Positions 1 through 8,796 are shown, numbered from the stretch's first letter. The stretch is DNA of 64,000 bases from a virus (IMGVR_UViG_3300035670_000189:1670-65669), one strand, 5' to 3'. Notes: generated by a model from the sequence alone, not told the origin. A program made the numbers and translations.

Positions 1-2
1 TT

Positions 3-779
3 CCGGCCATCCTGACGGTGGGCGAGCCGCCGGTCGAGAAGCCCCTGTGGCCTGAGTTCTTTGACATGGACGCGCTGTACCGGACGAAGGCATCCATGCC
101 TGTGTTCCAGTGGAACGCCCAGTACCAGCAGAACCCCACGTCGGAAGAAGCGTCGGTCATCAAGCGCGAGTGGTGGAACGAGTGGACAAAGGACGAGCCG
201 CCCTCGTGCGAGTACATCATCATGACGCTGGACGCCGCAGCCGAGACCCACAACCGTGCCGACTTCACGGCAATCACCACATGGGGCGTGTTCTTCAACG
301 AGGAGCGCGAAGGCCCGGGGGCAAACGCCTACAACATCATCCTGCTCAACTCAATCAAGAAGCGCATGGAGTTCCACGAACTCAAGGAGTTGGCCATGGA
401 GGAGTACCGGGAGTGGGAGCCCGACAGCTTCATCGTGGAAAAGAAGTCCAGCGGGACGGCTCTCTATCAAGAATTGCGACGAACCGGCATCCCTGTGGGC
501 GAATACACACCACATAGAGGTAGCGGCGACAAGTTAGCACGGTTAAACTCTGTTTCTGACATCGTGCGTTCTGGGCTGTGCTGGGTTCCGCAGACTCGCT
601 GGGCAGAAGAAGTGGTCGAGGAGATTGCAGGATTCCCGTTCATGGCGCACGATGACTTGGTTGATACCACGGTGATGGCACTTATGCGGTTCCGCCAAGG
701 CGGCTTCATCCGGTTGCCGTCGGACGAGCCTGATGAGGTCAGGTACTTCAAATCCCGCCGACATGGTGGGTACTACTGA
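3..779 (+). CDS. terL: Terminase large subunit, C-terminal nuclease domain (5'-truncated by window edge)
   Basis: Frame is open from the window edge. Motifs WNAQYQQNP, TLDAA..ADFTAITTWG, IVEKKSSG and FP...HDDLVD are typical of the TerL RNase H-like domain. Lies directly upstream of portal. Confidence 0.92.
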   Translation, partial: PAILTVGEPPVEKPLWPEFFDMDALYRTKASMPVFQWNAQYQQNPTSEEASVIKREWWNEWTKDEPPSCEYIIMTLDAAAETHNRADFTAITTWGVFFNEEREGPGANAYNIILLNSIKKRMEFHELKELAMEEYREWEPDSFIVEKKSSGTALYQELRRTGIPVGEYTPHRGSGDKLARLNSVSDIVRSGLCWVPQTRWAEEVVEEIAGFPFMAHDDLVDTTVMALMRFRQGGFIRLPSDEPDEVRYFKSRRHGGYY

Positions 780-790
780 AAGGAACGAGC

Positions 791-3274
791 ATGGCGACGA
801 GCGGCATGGACAAAGGGTTATATCAAGCTCCAGTGGGCCTCACCGAGGACGACGAGGACGAGGGTGTAGCTGTCGAGATTGAAGGTGTGGCCCCGGCGGG
901 CGAGATCGAGATCGTTGAACTGCCTGACGGCACTGTCGAGGTCAACCTCGAAGGTGGCGATGAGGACGACGGCGAGGGTGAGTTTGGCGATAACTTGGCA
1001 GAGTACATCGACGAAGGTGTGCTTGGTCAGTTGTCAGGAGAACTCACTGAGCTTGTAGACGCTGACATCACATCACGTAAAGAGTGGGCTGACACATTCG
1101 TCAAGGGTCTGGAAGTACTTGGCTTCAAGTACGAGGAGCGCACCGAGCCATGGGACGGCGCGTCTGGCGTGTTCTCCACGGTGCTCGCTGAAGCGGCAAT
1201 CCGGTTCCAAGCCGAGACCATGAGCGAGACATTCCCCGCCGCTGGCCCTGTCAAGGCAAAGATTCTTGGCAAGATCACCAAGGAGAAGGAAGAAGCCGCC
1301 GAGCGCGTCAAGGATGACATGAACTATCAGGTCACCGAGCGCATGGTCGAGTACCGCAGCGAGCACGAGCGCATGCTCTACTCTCTGGGTCTGGCAGGCT
1401 CCGCGTTCAAGAAGGTCTACTACGACCCCAACATTGGCCGTCAGGTCTCTATCTACCTGTCTGCGGAAGACGTGATCGTGCCATACGGCACCAGCCACAT
1501 CGAGACCGCCGAGCGCGTCACCCACGTGATGCGTAAGACAAAGAACGAGATCGACAAGCTCATGGCCAGCGGGTTCTACAAGGAGTGCGAGCTTGGTGAG
1601 CCGGTGGCGTTCCACACGGACATCGAGAAGAAAAAGGCCGAGGAGGGTGGCTACACCCTGCAAGATGACGATCGCTACACGCTGCTCGAAGTGCACGCAA
1701 ACCTGTGCATCGAGGGTGTGGACGATGAGGAGAACGACCTCGCCAAGCCATACGTGGTCACAATCGACAAGGGCACCGGCAAGGTGCTGGCCGTGCGCCG
1801 TAACTGGGATGAGGAAGACCCCCTCATGCTCAAGCGCAACCACTTCGTGCACTACATCTACGTGCCGGGTTTTGGCTTCTACGGCCTTGGCCTGATCCAC
1901 ATCATCGGTGGCTACGCCCGCGCTGGCACGAGCATCATCCGTCAGTTGATCGACGCTGGCACTCTGTCGAATCTGCCGGGCGGCTTGAAGTCCCGTGGTC
2001 TGCGCATCAAGGGTGACGACACGCCGATCAACCCGGGCGAGTTCCGCGACGTTGACGTGCCCTCGGGCTCCGTCAAAGACAACATCATGATGTTGCCGTA
2101 CAAGGAGCCAAGCCAGACTCTGCTTGCGTTGTTACAGCGCGTGACGGAAGAAGGCCGACGCCTCGGGGCAATCTCTGACATGAACGTCAGTGACATGTCA
2201 GCACAAGCTCCTGTGGGCACGACACTGGCCCTGCTGGAGCGCACGCTCAAGCCCATGGCCGCTGTCCAGAGCCGCGTGCACTTCGCCATGAAGCAGGAGT
2301 TCAAGCTCCTCAAGTCAATCATCGCCGAGTACGCCCCCGAGGACTACGCCTACGAGCCAGAGACCGGCTGGGTCAAGGCACGCCGCAGCGACTACTCGCT
2401 GGTGGACGTGATTCCTGTGAGCGATCCGAACGCCAGCACGATGGCTCAGCGCGTGGTGCAGTACCAAGCTGTGTTCCAGATGGCCCAGAGCGCACCGCAG
2501 ATTTATGACCTGCCGTACCTGCACCGCCAGATGATCGAGACGCTGGGCGTCAAGAACGCTGACAAGATCGTGCCGACAAGCGACGATGCCAAGCCAAAAG
2601 ACCCCGTGTCCGAGAACATGGCCGTGCTGGTGGGCAAGCCCGTCAAGGCGTTCATCTACCAAGATCAGGAAGCGCACATCGCCGCGCACCAAGCGTTCAT
2701 GCAAGACCCGATGATCATGGCCAGCGTGGGTCAGAACCCGATGGGCCAGCAGATCATGGCGGCGCTGCAAGCGCACATCGCCGAGCACATGGCGTTTCAG
2801 TACCGCAAGCAGATCGAGGAGCGTCTGGGTGTTGCACTGCCCCCGCCCGACGAGGAGTTGCCAGAGGACATCGAGGTGCAGTTGGCCAAGCTCATCGCCG
2901 ACGCTGGCAAGCAGCTTACCCAAGCTCACCAGCAGCAAGCCGCGCAGCAGCAAGCCCAGCAGCAAGCAGCCGACCCGCTGTTCCAGCTTGAGCAGGCCAA
3001 GGTGCAGGTCAAGCAGACCGAGGCACAAGCCAAGGCTCAGAAGATGCAGGCCGACACCGCCCTCGCACAGCAGAAGGCCATGACGCAAGCCCAGCTTGAC
3101 GCCGCACGCCTGAAGTTGGAGCGCGATCGCGTGGCCATCGAGGCTATGAAAGAACGCAGCCGCCTTGAGTCGCAGGAGAAGCAGAACACGCAACGCCTGA
3201 AGCTCGATGCACTGAAGACCTTGGCTACGCCCAAGGCTCAACCCAAGCCGCCAGCCAGCGGAAAGAAGGAGTAA
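791..3274 (+). CDS. Portal protein
   Basis: 827 aa, follows terL. GSAFKKVYYDP and PGFGFYGLGLIH motifs; Q-rich coiled-coil C-terminus as in P22-like portals. Confidence 0.88.
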   Translation: MATSGMDKGLYQAPVGLTEDDEDEGVAVEIEGVAPAGEIEIVELPDGTVEVNLEGGDEDDGEGEFGDNLAEYIDEGVLGQLSGELTELVDADITSRKEWADTFVKGLEVLGFKYEERTEPWDGASGVFSTVLAEAAIRFQAETMSETFPAAGPVKAKILGKITKEKEEAAERVKDDMNYQVTERMVEYRSEHERMLYSLGLAGSAFKKVYYDPNIGRQVSIYLSAEDVIVPYGTSHIETAERVTHVMRKTKNEIDKLMASGFYKECELGEPVAFHTDIEKKKAEEGGYTLQDDDRYTLLEVHANLCIEGVDDEENDLAKPYVVTIDKGTGKVLAVRRNWDEEDPLMLKRNHFVHYIYVPGFGFYGLGLIHIIGGYARAGTSIIRQLIDAGTLSNLPGGLKSRGLRIKGDDTPINPGEFRDVDVPSGSVKDNIMMLPYKEPSQTLLALLQRVTEEGRRLGAISDMNVSDMSAQAPVGTTLALLERTLKPMAAVQSRVHFAMKQEFKLLKSIIAEYAPEDYAYEPETGWVKARRSDYSLVDVIPVSDPNASTMAQRVVQYQAVFQMAQSAPQIYDLPYLHRQMIETLGVKNADKIVPTSDDAKPKDPVSENMAVLVGKPVKAFIYQDQEAHIAAHQAFMQDPMIMASVGQNPMGQQIMAALQAHIAEHMAFQYRKQIEERLGVALPPPDEELPEDIEVQLAKLIADAGKQLTQAHQQQAAQQQAQQQAADPLFQLEQAKVQVKQTEAQAKAQKMQADTALAQQKAMTQAQLDAARLKLERDRVAIEAMKERSRLESQEKQNTQRLKLDALKTLATPKAQPKPPASGKKE

Positions 3275-3277
3275 TCC

Positions 3278-3475
3278 ATGGCCAAAACCGTCTTTGACGT
3301 GCTGATCGAAAAGTTCGAGGAGGACATCTCCTCCTCGTCACAGTTCTTGGTAGGCGGAGGGGCTAAGAGCTTCGACGAATACAAAGAAGTGGTAGGCAGG
3401 ATTCGAGGTCTCCAGCTTGCCATGCAAACAACCAAAGACCTTTCGCGTTCTCAAATGGAAGAAGATGATGACTGA
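3278..3475 (+). CDS. Small hypothetical head-module protein
   Basis: 65 aa with AAGGAG RBS, tightly packed after portal. Confidence 0.75.
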   Translation: MAKTVFDVLIEKFEEDISSSSQFLVGGGAKSFDEYKEVVGRIRGLQLAMQTTKDLSRSQMEEDDD

Positions 3476-3842
3476 AGAAACTACCGCCGTGACCGAAGCA
3501 GAAGTTGAGGCTCAAATGCCGAAACCTGTCGGGTATCGGTTGCTGATCGCACTGCCGCAGATTGAAGAAACCTTCAACAATCTTGGCATCGTGAAAGCTG
3601 AACGAACACTGTACGAGGAGCAGTTGATGACTGTGACTGGTGTGGTGCTCGATATGGGCGACCAAGCCTATTCCGACAAGGATCGTTTTCCCAACGGCCC
3701 TTGGTGCAAAGTGGGTGACTTCGTGGTGTTCCGCGCCAACTCTGGCACGCGCATCCGGGTCAATGGCGTGGAATACCGCCTGATGAACGACGACTCCATC
3801 GAAGCAGTCGTGGCTGATCCGCGTGGCATCACGCGTGCGTAA
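3465..3842 (+). CDS. GroES/Cpn10-like co-chaperonin
   Basis: KPVGYRLLI...GIV...TGVVLDMG...CKVGDFVVF..NSGTRI...EYRLMNDDSIEAVV matches the Cpn10 fold pattern. Start is ATG 3465 or 3468. Confidence 0.85.
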   Translation: MMTEETTAVTEAEVEAQMPKPVGYRLLIALPQIEETFNNLGIVKAERTLYEEQLMTVTGVVLDMGDQAYSDKDRFPNGPWCKVGDFVVFRANSGTRIRVNGVEYRLMNDDSIEAVVADPRGITRA

Positions 3843-3852
3843 GGAGGCTCTG

Positions 3853-4092
3853 ATGAACTTCGGAGATGCAATCGCCGCCTTGAAGGCTGGCAAAAAAGTG
3901 GCCCGTGAGGGTTGGAATGGTAAAGGTATGTGGATTGGTATCCACACGGAAAGTGGTACGTTCACACGTGAGGAGTGTGGAACCGAGCTTACTTACCGTG
4001 ATTACATCACCATGAAGACTGTGGACAACCAATTGGTTCCATGGACGGCCAGCCAAACCGACGTGTTGGCTGAAGACTGGACGGAGGTGTAA
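3853..4092 (+). CDS. tad2: DUF2829 / Tad2-like anti-Thoeris signal-sequestering (sponge) protein
   Basis: MNFGDAIAALKAGKKVAREGWNGKGM...MKTVDNQLVPWTASQTDVLAEDW carries both DUF2829/Tad2 hallmark motifs. AAGGAGG RBS at 3841-3847. Confidence 0.85.
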   Translation: MNFGDAIAALKAGKKVAREGWNGKGMWIGIHTESGTFTREECGTELTYRDYITMKTVDNQLVPWTASQTDVLAEDWTEV

Positions 4093-4094
4093 TC

Positions 4095-5144
4095 ATGCCT
4101 ATGGAAAAAGTTGAGTTCTCGTTCCCCGATCCTGATCGGGACGCGAGCAAAGATGTCAAGATGAAAGAGGACGGCTCTGCCGAAATCGTCATCGACGGAC
4201 GTCGTGACCCCTTTGAAGACGTCCCTGACCGGGACGACAAGCCTGCTGCCAAGGCGAAAGCCAAGGACGATGACGAGGACGACCTCGACATTGAGGTGGT
4301 TGACGACACACCCAAAAAGGATCGCGGCAAGAAGCCGTCCGCTCCCCCAGACGAACTGACCGATGACGAGTTGGAGTCCTACTCTGAGAAGGTCAAGAAG
4401 CGCCTCCAGCACTTCAGCAAGGGTTACCACGACCAGCGCCGCGCTGCCGAACAGGCGGCACGCGAGAAGGCCGAACTGGAAGCCATGGCTGCACGCCTCG
4501 TCGAGGAGAACAAGAAGCTCAAGGGCACTGTTGGCCAGAACCAACAAGCCATGCTGGAGCAGGCCAAGAAGATGGCCGAGCGTGAGCTTGAGGAGGCCAA
4601 GGCCAAATTCAAGGCTGCCTATGATGCAGGCGAGTCAGATGCTGTTGTTGCAGCGCAAGATGAACTGACCAATGCCAAACTGAAAGCAGAGCGTGTAAAC
4701 AATATCAAACTACCCGCTTTACAATCAGACGAAACTGAGGTACAAACTCAAACATCCGCCCCAGCAGTTGTTGATGGTCGGGCTCAGGAGTGGCAAGCTG
4801 CCAATCCTTGGTTCGGGCAAGATGACGAAATGACCAGCTTTGCGTTGGGGTTGCATCAGAAGCTGGTTAAACAGGGTGTGAACCCACGCTCTGACGACTA
4901 CTACGAGAAGATCAACTCTCGTATGCGCCAAGTCTTCCCAGATCAGTTCGCTGACGGGGATGACGAACCAGAGGAAACGAAGCCTCGTCGCAAGACGAAC
5001 GTCGTGGCACCCGCAACTCGCAGCACTGCGCCCAAAAAGATCGTGCTGACACAGACGCAGGTGGCATTGGCCAAACGGCTTGGTGTGCCGCTGGAAGAAT
5101 ACGCCAAACAGGTTGCTATGGAAATGAGGAAACAAAATGGCTGA
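4095..5144 (+). CDS. Putative capsid scaffolding protein
   Basis: Acidic N-terminus, long coiled coil, W...NPWFG motif and C-terminal AKRLGVPLEEYAKQ. Located between portal and capsid genes. Confidence 0.7.
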   Translation: MPMEKVEFSFPDPDRDASKDVKMKEDGSAEIVIDGRRDPFEDVPDRDDKPAAKAKAKDDDEDDLDIEVVDDTPKKDRGKKPSAPPDELTDDELESYSEKVKKRLQHFSKGYHDQRRAAEQAAREKAELEAMAARLVEENKKLKGTVGQNQQAMLEQAKKMAERELEEAKAKFKAAYDAGESDAVVAAQDELTNAKLKAERVNNIKLPALQSDETEVQTQTSAPAVVDGRAQEWQAANPWFGQDDEMTSFALGLHQKLVKQGVNPRSDDYYEKINSRMRQVFPDQFADGDDEPEETKPRRKTNVVAPATRSTAPKKIVLTQTQVALAKRLGVPLEEYAKQVAMEMRKQNG

Positions 5145-5586
5145 GAACAGACTGAACCGTGAACTTGAGACCCGCGAAAAAACGGCCCGCAAACGCGCTT
5201 GGGTACGTGCAGACACCCTGCCCAACCCCACGCCCGAAGACGGCTATGAATTTCACTGGGTTCGTGTGAGCACTCGTGGCGAAGTTGACCCCATGAACGT
5301 GTCCCTCAAACTCCGCGAAGGCTGGGAGCCTGTCAAAGCATCTGATCACCCAGAAATCTTTGTGGCTGGCGTCGAAAACGAACGCTTCAAAGACAACATT
5401 CTGATTGGTGGCCTGCTGCTGTGCAAAGCCCCCGTTGAAATGGTGCAGGATCGTAACGAGTTCTTTATGGGCGAATCTACGAACCAAATCCGTTCCGTCG
5501 ATAACAATCTCATGCGCGAGAATGATCCTCGTATGCCGCTTTTCAATGAGCGCAAAACGAAGGTCACTTTCGGAAAAGGAACCTAA
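5137..5586 (+). CDS. Hypothetical head-module protein
   Basis: 149 aa, overlaps the upstream stop; REGWEPVK and GGLLLCK motifs. Confidence 0.75.
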   Translation: MAENRLNRELETREKTARKRAWVRADTLPNPTPEDGYEFHWVRVSTRGEVDPMNVSLKLREGWEPVKASDHPEIFVAGVENERFKDNILIGGLLLCKAPVEMVQDRNEFFMGESTNQIRSVDNNLMRENDPRMPLFNERKTKVTFGKGT

Positions 5587-5605
5587 CTTTTTTGGAGTCT
5601 GAAAA

Positions 5606-6199
5606 ATGGCATACCCCACCGTTTCTGCTCCCTATGGCCTAAAGCCTGTCAATCGTATTGATGGCATGCCGTACGCTGGTGCTACCCGTCAAATGGGTAT
5701 CGCTTCTGGCTACGCAAGCAACATCTTCTACGGCGACATGGTGACTGTGGTCACAGGCGGCGTTGTTGAAAAATTCTCCGGCACTACTTCTGGTGCTATG
5801 GTTGGCGTGTTCGTCGGCTGTCAGTACACTGACCCGTCTTCCAAGCAGCCCCGTTGGAGCCAATACTGGCCCACTGGCACTGTTGCTTCGGACGCAGTTG
5901 CTTACGTGGTCGATGACCCGATGGCTCTGTTCCAAGTGGCCGTGACCAACTCGTCCAGCGAAGTTGTGGATTCCACGACCATCGCCGCGATTGGCGCTAA
6001 CATGTCCGTCATTCAAGGTACCGGCAGCACCACCACTGGTGATTCCGCTGTGTCCGTGTTGGCTGGCTCGGAAGCTACCACCGCTACCCTCCCGATCCGT
6101 GTGATCGCCGTGGTTCCTGCCACGAAGACCTCTACGGGCTATCCTGAACTTCTGGTGAAGCTGAACACTCATCAGTACAACTCGACCACTGGCGTCTAA
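5606..6199 (+). CDS. Putative capsid-associated (decoration/cement) protein
   Basis: 197 aa, G/T/S/V-rich, immediately upstream of the major capsid gene, with high-expression-like codon usage. Confidence 0.65.
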   Translation: MAYPTVSAPYGLKPVNRIDGMPYAGATRQMGIASGYASNIFYGDMVTVVTGGVVEKFSGTTSGAMVGVFVGCQYTDPSSKQPRWSQYWPTGTVASDAVAYVVDDPMALFQVAVTNSSSEVVDSTTIAAIGANMSVIQGTGSTTTGDSAVSVLAGSEATTATLPIRVIAVVPATKTSTGYPELLVKLNTHQYNSTTGV

Positions 6200-6210
6200 G
6201 GAGTTGAATC

Positions 6211-7119
6211 ATGGCAATTTCTCGTGCCCAACTACTGAAAGAACTCTTGCCCGGTCTGAACGCCTTGTTTGGTCTGGAGTACAAGAAGTACGGTGAAGAA
6301 CACAAAGAGATTTTCGAGACCGAAACCTCTGAGCGTTCTTTTGAAGAAGAAACCAAGCTGTCTGGCTTCTCCGCCGCTCCGGTGAAGAACGAAGGCAGCG
6401 CAATGGCCTACGACAACGCCCAAGAAGCATGGACTGCACGTTACGTGCACGAGACCATCGCTATGGGTTTCTCGCTGACTGAAGAAGCCATCGAGGACAA
6501 CCTGTACGACTCTCTGTCCAGCCGCTACACCAAGGCATTGGCTCGCGCCATGGCTTACACCAAGCAGGTCAAAGCTGCTTCGATCCTGAACCAAGCCTTC
6601 TCCGGCGGCCCCACCTACGGTGACGGTCAGGTTCTGTGCTCGACCGCTCACCCCCTGATCTCTGGTGGCACCAACAGCAACCGCCCCACCGTCGCTGCCG
6701 ACCTGAACGAGACTTCTCTGGAAGCCGCCGTTATTCAGATCGCTGGTTGGACGGATGAACGCGGCCTGCTGATCGCTGCCAAGCCTCGCAAGCTGGTCGT
6801 TCCCCCAGCACTGCAATTCGTTGCTGAGCGTCTGTTGAAGACCGAACTGCGCGTTGCTACCGCTGACAACGACATCAACGCCATCAAGTCGATGGGTTCC
6901 ATCCCCGAAGGTTACACGGTCAACCACTACCTGACCGACACCAACGCTTGGTTCCTGATGACTGACGTGCCTAACGGCCTGAAGCACTTTGTCCGCACCC
7001 CCATGCAAACTGGCATGGATGCTGACTTTGACACCGGGAACTCCCGCTACAAGGCCCGTGAACGCTACTCCTTCGGGGTCAGCGATCCTCTGGGCATCTA
7101 CGGTAGCCCCGGCGCGTAA
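6211..7119 (+). CDS. Major capsid protein (HK97 fold)
   Basis: 302 aa, MAISRAQLLKELLPGLNALFGLEY...RYKARERYSFG..DP. Strong AAGGAG RBS and followed by a terminator. Confidence 0.9.
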   Translation: MAISRAQLLKELLPGLNALFGLEYKKYGEEHKEIFETETSERSFEEETKLSGFSAAPVKNEGSAMAYDNAQEAWTARYVHETIAMGFSLTEEAIEDNLYDSLSSRYTKALARAMAYTKQVKAASILNQAFSGGPTYGDGQVLCSTAHPLISGGTNSNRPTVAADLNETSLEAAVIQIAGWTDERGLLIAAKPRKLVVPPALQFVAERLLKTELRVATADNDINAIKSMGSIPEGYTVNHYLTDTNAWFLMTDVPNGLKHFVRTPMQTGMDADFDTGNSRYKARERYSFGVSDPLGIYGSPGA

Positions 7120-7147
7120 CACAAAACCGCAAGGTTTGACACAAAAG

Positions 7148-7176
7148 AACGGCCCTTCGGGGCCGTTTTTCTTTTT
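7148..7176 (+). terminator. Rho-independent terminator after major capsid gene
   Basis: AACGGCCC-TTCG-GGGCCGTT followed by TTTCTTTTT. Confidence 0.9.
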
Positions 7177-7223
7177 CCGTTGTCCTGTGGTACATTACCC
7201 GTGTCAAACCACAGGAGTTACAG

Positions 7224-7850
7224 ATGGACGTTTCAAACCTCCCCAAAACCCGTGCTGAAGCCAAAGCTACCGGGGCCAAGTATTACTTCACGGGAGAGCC
7301 GTGCAAGCATGGGCACGTTGCACCCCGCAAAACAAAAGGGGCGTGTGTTGATTGCCTCAAAGAAGAATGGCGTAAAGGGGCAGAAACCCGGGCCGAGTAC
7401 TTTCGCACATACAACCAATCAGCCGCAGGTAAGGCGGCAAAAGAGCGGTACTACGAGGCCAACAAAGCAGACGTGATTGCGAAGGCTAGAGCCACACCAA
7501 ACGAACTGAAGAACGCATATAGGAAGGCGTGGGCGGATAACAATCTGCTGTCCATACGGGCGAATACAAAAGCTCGACGCCGTAAGCATCGACAAGCTAC
7601 CCCGCCATGGTTGACAAGAGCCCAGAAGTCCGAGATTCGTGCGCTGTACCAAGCTGCTATCTTGTCCTCCCAGACCACTGGGGAGCGTTACGTCGTAGAC
7701 CACATCTACCCGCTCCGATCCGAGGTCGTGTGTGGACTGCATGTTCCATGGAACTTACGGATTACCACTCAGGAGGAGAACCTGAAAAAATCAAACAATT
7801 TGCCAGACGACTCAATGGCGCTTGCGTTTCCGCCACGCACAGTGACATAA
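7224..7850 (+). CDS. Free-standing HNH homing endonuclease (1)
   Basis: N-terminal YFTGEPCKHGH..C..C; C-terminal VDHIYPL...VCGLHVPWNL...EN..KSN. Confidence 0.88.
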   Translation: MDVSNLPKTRAEAKATGAKYYFTGEPCKHGHVAPRKTKGACVDCLKEEWRKGAETRAEYFRTYNQSAAGKAAKERYYEANKADVIAKARATPNELKNAYRKAWADNNLLSIRANTKARRRKHRQATPPWLTRAQKSEIRALYQAAILSSQTTGERYVVDHIYPLRSEVVCGLHVPWNLRITTQEENLKKSNNLPDDSMALAFPPRTVT

Positions 7851-7851
7851 T
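7822..7851 (+). promoter_or_regulatory. Putative sigma70-type promoter
   Basis: TTGCGT-N18-CATAAT with an extended -10 TG at 7843-7844, sited just ahead of the structured leader. Confidence 0.5.
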
Positions 7852-7859
7852 GCTACAAA

Positions 7860-7931
7860 CCGGGGTCATCCGGTGTTCTGACAGTCCCGGCTGGCGTCAT
7901 GCAGACAGAACACCATAACTCGCATGAGAGG
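7860..7931 (+). ncRNA. Putative structured cis-regulatory RNA (double-pseudoknot leader)
   Basis: Interleaved complementary segments: 7860-7865/7885-7890, 7872-7880/7906-7914, 7882-7884/7891-7893 and 7897-7902/7922-7927. The last overlaps the RBS. Confidence 0.65.
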
Positions 7932-7939
7932 AAACTCAA

Positions 7940-8248
7940 ATGGCTAATACCACCTTCAACGGGCCAGTTCGATCGGAGAACGGCTTTCAGTCCATCACCA
8001 AAAACGCCACCACTGGTGCAGTCACTGTCGATGCCACCTTTGGCACCGCGACCAGCGTAGACAGCGTTACCGTCGCTGACTTCTTGGCCCTGACCCCCAT
8101 CACAACCGCAGAACTGCCCGCCGCTGCCGCTGGCAACGAAGGTCAAGTCCGCTTGATCAACGACAACGGCGCTGGCGATGATGAGTACTGCTTGGTGATC
8201 AGCACCGGCTCTGCTTGGGTTACTGCTGTTGGCGCTGCTCTGAGCTAA
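7940..8248 (+). CDS. Putative virion structural protein
   Basis: 102 aa starting MANTTFNGPVRSENGF, A/T-rich composition, GAGAGG RBS. Confidence 0.75.
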   Translation: MANTTFNGPVRSENGFQSITKNATTGAVTVDATFGTATSVDSVTVADFLALTPITTAELPAAAAGNEGQVRLINDNGAGDDEYCLVISTGSAWVTAVGAALS

Positions 8249-8260
8249 TAGGAGCACGCT

Positions 8261-8533
8261 ATGTCAACTGACATTTCAGCGGCGCAAGTAGACGAGACAG
8301 GCACAGCTTATGGCGCACGCACCCGCGTGCGTGGTTTGCTGGTCATGCCCACGGCGTCTGCTGGCTCCGTAGCTCTCAAGGACGGCGGCTCAAGCGGCAC
8401 AAGCATGATGACCATCACAACGGCAGCGAACGGTGAACCCTTCAGCGTCGTGATCCCCGCAGATGGCATCTTGTTTGAGACCGACGTGTACGCCACGGTG
8501 TCGAACGCAACTGCTCTGGTGTTCTATGGCTAA
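8261..8533 (+). CDS. Putative virion structural protein
   Basis: 90 aa with AGGAG RBS; beta-rich composition. Confidence 0.75.
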   Translation: MSTDISAAQVDETGTAYGARTRVRGLLVMPTASAGSVALKDGGSSGTSMMTITTAANGEPFSVVIPADGILFETDVYATVSNATALVFYG

Positions 8534-8786
8534 ATCACCCGCATGGACTCGCAAGGAAGGCAAAGACCCCAAGGGGGGTCTCAACGCCAAGGGCCGCGCC
8601 TCTGCCAAAAAGCAGGGCATGAACCTCAAACCCCCTGCACCCAACCCCAAGACCAAGGCAGACGCAGGACGCCGTGCGTCCTTCTGCGCCCGCATGGAGG
8701 GGATGAAGTCCAAGCTGACCGGTGAGAAAGCCAAGAAAGACCCGAACAGTCGAATCAACAAAAGCCTGCGGGCTTGGAACTGCTGA
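8526..8786 (+). CDS. Small basic hypothetical protein
   Basis: MAKSPAWTRKEGK..KGGLNAKGRAS...RRASFCARM...WNC, K/R-rich. ATG 8526 overlaps the upstream gene. Confidence 0.75.
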   Translation: MAKSPAWTRKEGKDPKGGLNAKGRASAKKQGMNLKPPAPNPKTKADAGRRASFCARMEGMKSKLTGEKAKKDPNSRINKSLRAWNC

Positions 8787-8796
8787 AGGTTAGCAG

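Noticed and set aside
7224-7850. Group I intron or intein around the HNH genes
   Set aside because: All HNH ORFs lie between intact genes. Flanking genes are not split, and no intein motifs were seen in polA, helicase or the visible part of terL.
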